Positions 62,029 through 64,000 of a stretch of DNA of 64,000 bases are shown piece after piece. The stretch is from an uncultured Alphaproteobacteria bacterium (lineage in GTDB: Bacteria; Pseudomonadota; Alphaproteobacteria; Rhodobacterales; Rhodobacteraceae). The stretch covers positions 3,201 to 67,200 of the forward strand of contig CACHMT010000007.1 in assembly GCA_902581005.1 (NCBI GenBank). The letters run 5' to 3'. The translations under genes and the position numbers were made by a program. Position 1 is the first letter of the stretch. Each line of letters begins with the position of its first letter. The notes under the pieces were generated by a model. The model did not search any database. It saw nothing but the letters and a program-made list of their open reading frames with translations, and was not told the DNA's origin.

Positions 62029-62853
62029 TCATCCTAACTCTAAAATCTCACGTGCTTTTTTCCAAGAAGCAACAGGCCTATTGTACTGTTCACAAATTTC
62101 TTTAGCAATCTTAACTAAGCTAGCGTTTGAAGGCGCCAATGTCTCTTTATCAATTCTAATGTTATCTTCCAATCCGGTTCTAACGTGTCCCCCCAATTTT
62201 ATGCACCATTCATTCAATATTCTTTGATTTTTTCCAATCCCTGCACCACACCATAAAGCTTTTGGCAAAAGTCGATTAACAGTCTTTATATAATATTCAA
62301 AGACATCAAAATCTGCTGGCATAGCATTTTTTACTCCCATAACAAATTGAATATACAAATTTCCTTGTAATTTATTCTGGTTAGCTAAACTAGCTGCTTG
62401 ATGAATATGAGATAAATCAAATATCTCTATTTCAGGTTTAACAGAATTTCTAATCATTTCTTCTGCAAGCCAATCAACAAGATCCGGAGGGTTCTCATAA
62501 ACTCTTGTTGGAAAATTGTTTGAACCAACAGTTAACGAAGCCATGTCTGGTTTTAGATTCAGCATTTTGCCTCGGTCAAAACCATGGCCTGAGCGACCAC
62601 CGGTAGAAAGCTGGATTATCATCCCAGGGCAAAATTTTTCAATACCTTCTTTCAATCTTCTATATCTATCAGGGTCGATGCTAGGTGTCCCATCATCATT
62701 GCGAACATGACAATGGGCTATGCTGGCACCTAATTCATAGCATTCTTGAGTACTTTCTATCTGTTCCGATATGCTTATTGGAACTGCAGGGTTATCTTCT
62801 TTAGTAGGGACAGAGCCTGTGATTGCAACACATATAATACATGGATCATTCAT
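62029..62853 (-). CDS. beta-keto acid cleavage enzyme (BKACE / 3-keto-5-aminohexanoate cleavage, DUF849) family protein
   Basis: 274 aa TIM-barrel pattern. It has the Zn ligands HCHVR and GLED, and the N-terminal ICVAITGSVPTKEDNPAVP typical of BKACE. Confidence 0.8.
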   Translation of the reverse strand: MNDPCIICVAITGSVPTKEDNPAVPISISEQIESTQECYELGASIAHCHVRNDDGTPSIDPDRYRRLKEGIEKFCPGMIIQLSTGGRSGHGFDRGKMLNLKPDMASLTVGSNNFPTRVYENPPDLVDWLAEEMIRNSVKPEIEIFDLSHIHQAASLANQNKLQGNLYIQFVMGVKNAMPADFDVFEYYIKTVNRLLPKALWCGAGIGKNQRILNEWCIKLGGHVRTGLEDNIRIDKETLAPSNASLVKIAKEICEQYNRPVASWKKAREILELG

Positions 62854-62934
62854 CCCTGTAATATAGGTTGAAATAAGGTAAATTAAAAATAAAATATCGG
62901 TAGATTATATGTTCTTATCTTATTAAGGTTAATC

Positions 62935-63771
62935 ATGTATTATGCTACTTTTAACTCTAATGCCTACCTACACCATATTGCCTTGAACACTACCCGTCCT
63001 TTGGAATTGGCTAAGTTTTATGAAAAGGCATTATCTATAGAAAGAAAGCCAATAAAGGGTGGTTGGATTTTATCTGGAGCCAGAAGAAAAGTTCTTATAT
63101 TGAGTAATAAACAAAATAGCCTGGGATTTGCAAGTTTTGCCTGTCAAGATAGCCTCTCTTTTAAAGTCTTAAAAAGAAATTTCATGGAAAAGGGTATAAA
63201 AACATTTCAAGATAATAAATCTCTTTTTAATCATGATAATTTCTATATTTTAGACTGTGACGGAAATAAAATTTATTTTGGGCTTGCTAAAGATAAAAAG
63301 GATCAAATTTCTAATCTTTATGCCCCATTACAGCATATTACGTTCACCTCAGAAAACTTAGACGATTTTGTTGACTTTTATGTTACTAAACTTGGTTTTA
63401 AAATTTCAGATAAAGTTATTAATAAAAAGGGTCAGCTAACAACTTGCTTTATGAGATCAAATCAGGAGCATCACACTGTTGCCTGTTTTTTAAGCGACAA
63501 ATCGGGTTTAGATCATTATAGTTTTGAAGCGGGAACATGGGAATGGATAAAGAATTGGTGTGATCATTTTTCCAAACAAAATATTCAATTGATTTGGGGG
63601 CCAGGTCGTCATGGCCCGGGTAATAATCTTTTTGCATTTATTGAAGATCCTGATGGGAATAAAATTGAGATTTCTGCGGAGTTAGAAATTGTTCATGATA
63701 GGCAAACTAAAAAATGGCCTCATGAACCCAAAACATTAAATTTATGGGGTAATGCAATAATGCGCTCTTAA
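62935..63771 (+). CDS. two-domain VOC-superfamily extradiol ring-cleavage dioxygenase-like protein
   Basis: 278 aa with two glyoxalase/VOC modules (HHIALNT..., LQHITFTS...). The C-terminal GPGRHGPGNNLFAFIEDPDGNKIE is typical of catechol 2,3-dioxygenase-type enzymes. Confidence 0.7.
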   Translation: MYYATFNSNAYLHHIALNTTRPLELAKFYEKALSIERKPIKGGWILSGARRKVLILSNKQNSLGFASFACQDSLSFKVLKRNFMEKGIKTFQDNKSLFNHDNFYILDCDGNKIYFGLAKDKKDQISNLYAPLQHITFTSENLDDFVDFYVTKLGFKISDKVINKKGQLTTCFMRSNQEHHTVACFLSDKSGLDHYSFEAGTWEWIKNWCDHFSKQNIQLIWGPGRHGPGNNLFAFIEDPDGNKIEISAELEIVHDRQTKKWPHEPKTLNLWGNAIMRS

Positions 63772-63783
63772 TGGAGGAAATTT

Positions 63784-64000
63784 ATGAAATATGCAAGTTT
63801 TTTAAGATTAGGTGAAACCTGTTTTGGAGTTTTCCATGGGGGTAAAATTTTTGACCTTACCTATCAACTGGCTGGAGGTTCTTCAAGCTTGAAAGAAGCT
63901 ATTCATTTTGGAAGTATTCCAGATAATGAAGAAGAGCTAGAAAGCTATTTAGCTAATGTCACTGCTTACGAACCCGCTGATATAACGTTTCTACCCGTTA
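63784..64000 (+). CDS. fumarylacetoacetate hydrolase (FAH)-family protein, N-terminal fragment (runs off the window)
   Basis: The ATG at 63784 is open to the window end. MKYASFLRLGETCFGVFHGGKIFDL... resembles the N-terminal domain of FAH-family hydrolases/isomerases. Only 72 codons are visible. Confidence 0.5.
   Translation, partial: MKYASFLRLGETCFGVFHGGKIFDLTYQLAGGSSSLKEAIHFGSIPDNEEELESYLANVTAYEPADITFLPV

Overview
This 64-kb window is very AT-rich and extremely gene-dense. Many genes overlap by 1-8 nt and most spacers are under 50 nt. It looks like part of a streamlined alphaproteobacterial chromosome, SAR11/Pelagibacterales-like or a similar small marine or freshwater genome. Several features point to an alphaproteobacterium: the lpxA-lpxI-lpxB arrangement, the ntrBC-ntrYX-trkA-hfq-hflX block, accBC-aat, lipA followed by a RatA/COQ10-like gene, an NDUFA12-like gene, and a GTTC-N7-GTTC LexA box.

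Almost all of the window is core housekeeping:
- Envelope supercluster: pyrH-frr-cdsA-dxr-rseP-bamA-skp-fabZ-lpxA-lpxI-lpxB.
- A roughly 20-kb run on the minus strand: glnBA, parE, an aminotransferase, ppiD, trpEGDC, moaC-moeA, lexA, gltX, gltA.
- tig-clpP-clpX, accBC, rne, prfB, a YhdP/AsmA-like giant protein, queA, lpdA, lipA, ispD/ispF.
- The nitrogen two-component block through hfq-hflX.

I saw no rRNA, CRISPR array, transposase, integrase or recognisable defence genes.

The one clearly accessory segment is a five-gene block of about 3.7 kb (26.7-30.4 kb) between tRNA-Leu(UAG) and tig. It encodes an overlapping pair (APS-kinase-like P-loop kinase plus a minimal HxGH nucleotidyltransferase), a sulfotransferase-like protein, an amidinotransferase-superfamily enzyme and a PaaI thioesterase. 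This is my best candidate for something not yet described: a compact sulfation/PAPS module, with NadR-like NAD salvage as the alternative reading. That functional call is inference only.

Other points worth re-examination:
- Two housekeeping genes (parE, ppiD) are each broken by a +1 shift at an A7 tract.
- Two essential genes (parE, rseP) have conserved N-termini lying upstream of any ATG/GTG/TTG. Each has a Shine-Dalgarno (SD) ribosome-binding site 6 nt before an ATC or ATT codon.
- An A14 tract sits in codons 3-8 of lpxI.
- NtrC and NtrX both lack the GAFTGA sigma-54 contact loop.
- A small catabolic cluster (BKACE, extradiol dioxygenase, FAH) lies at the right edge.
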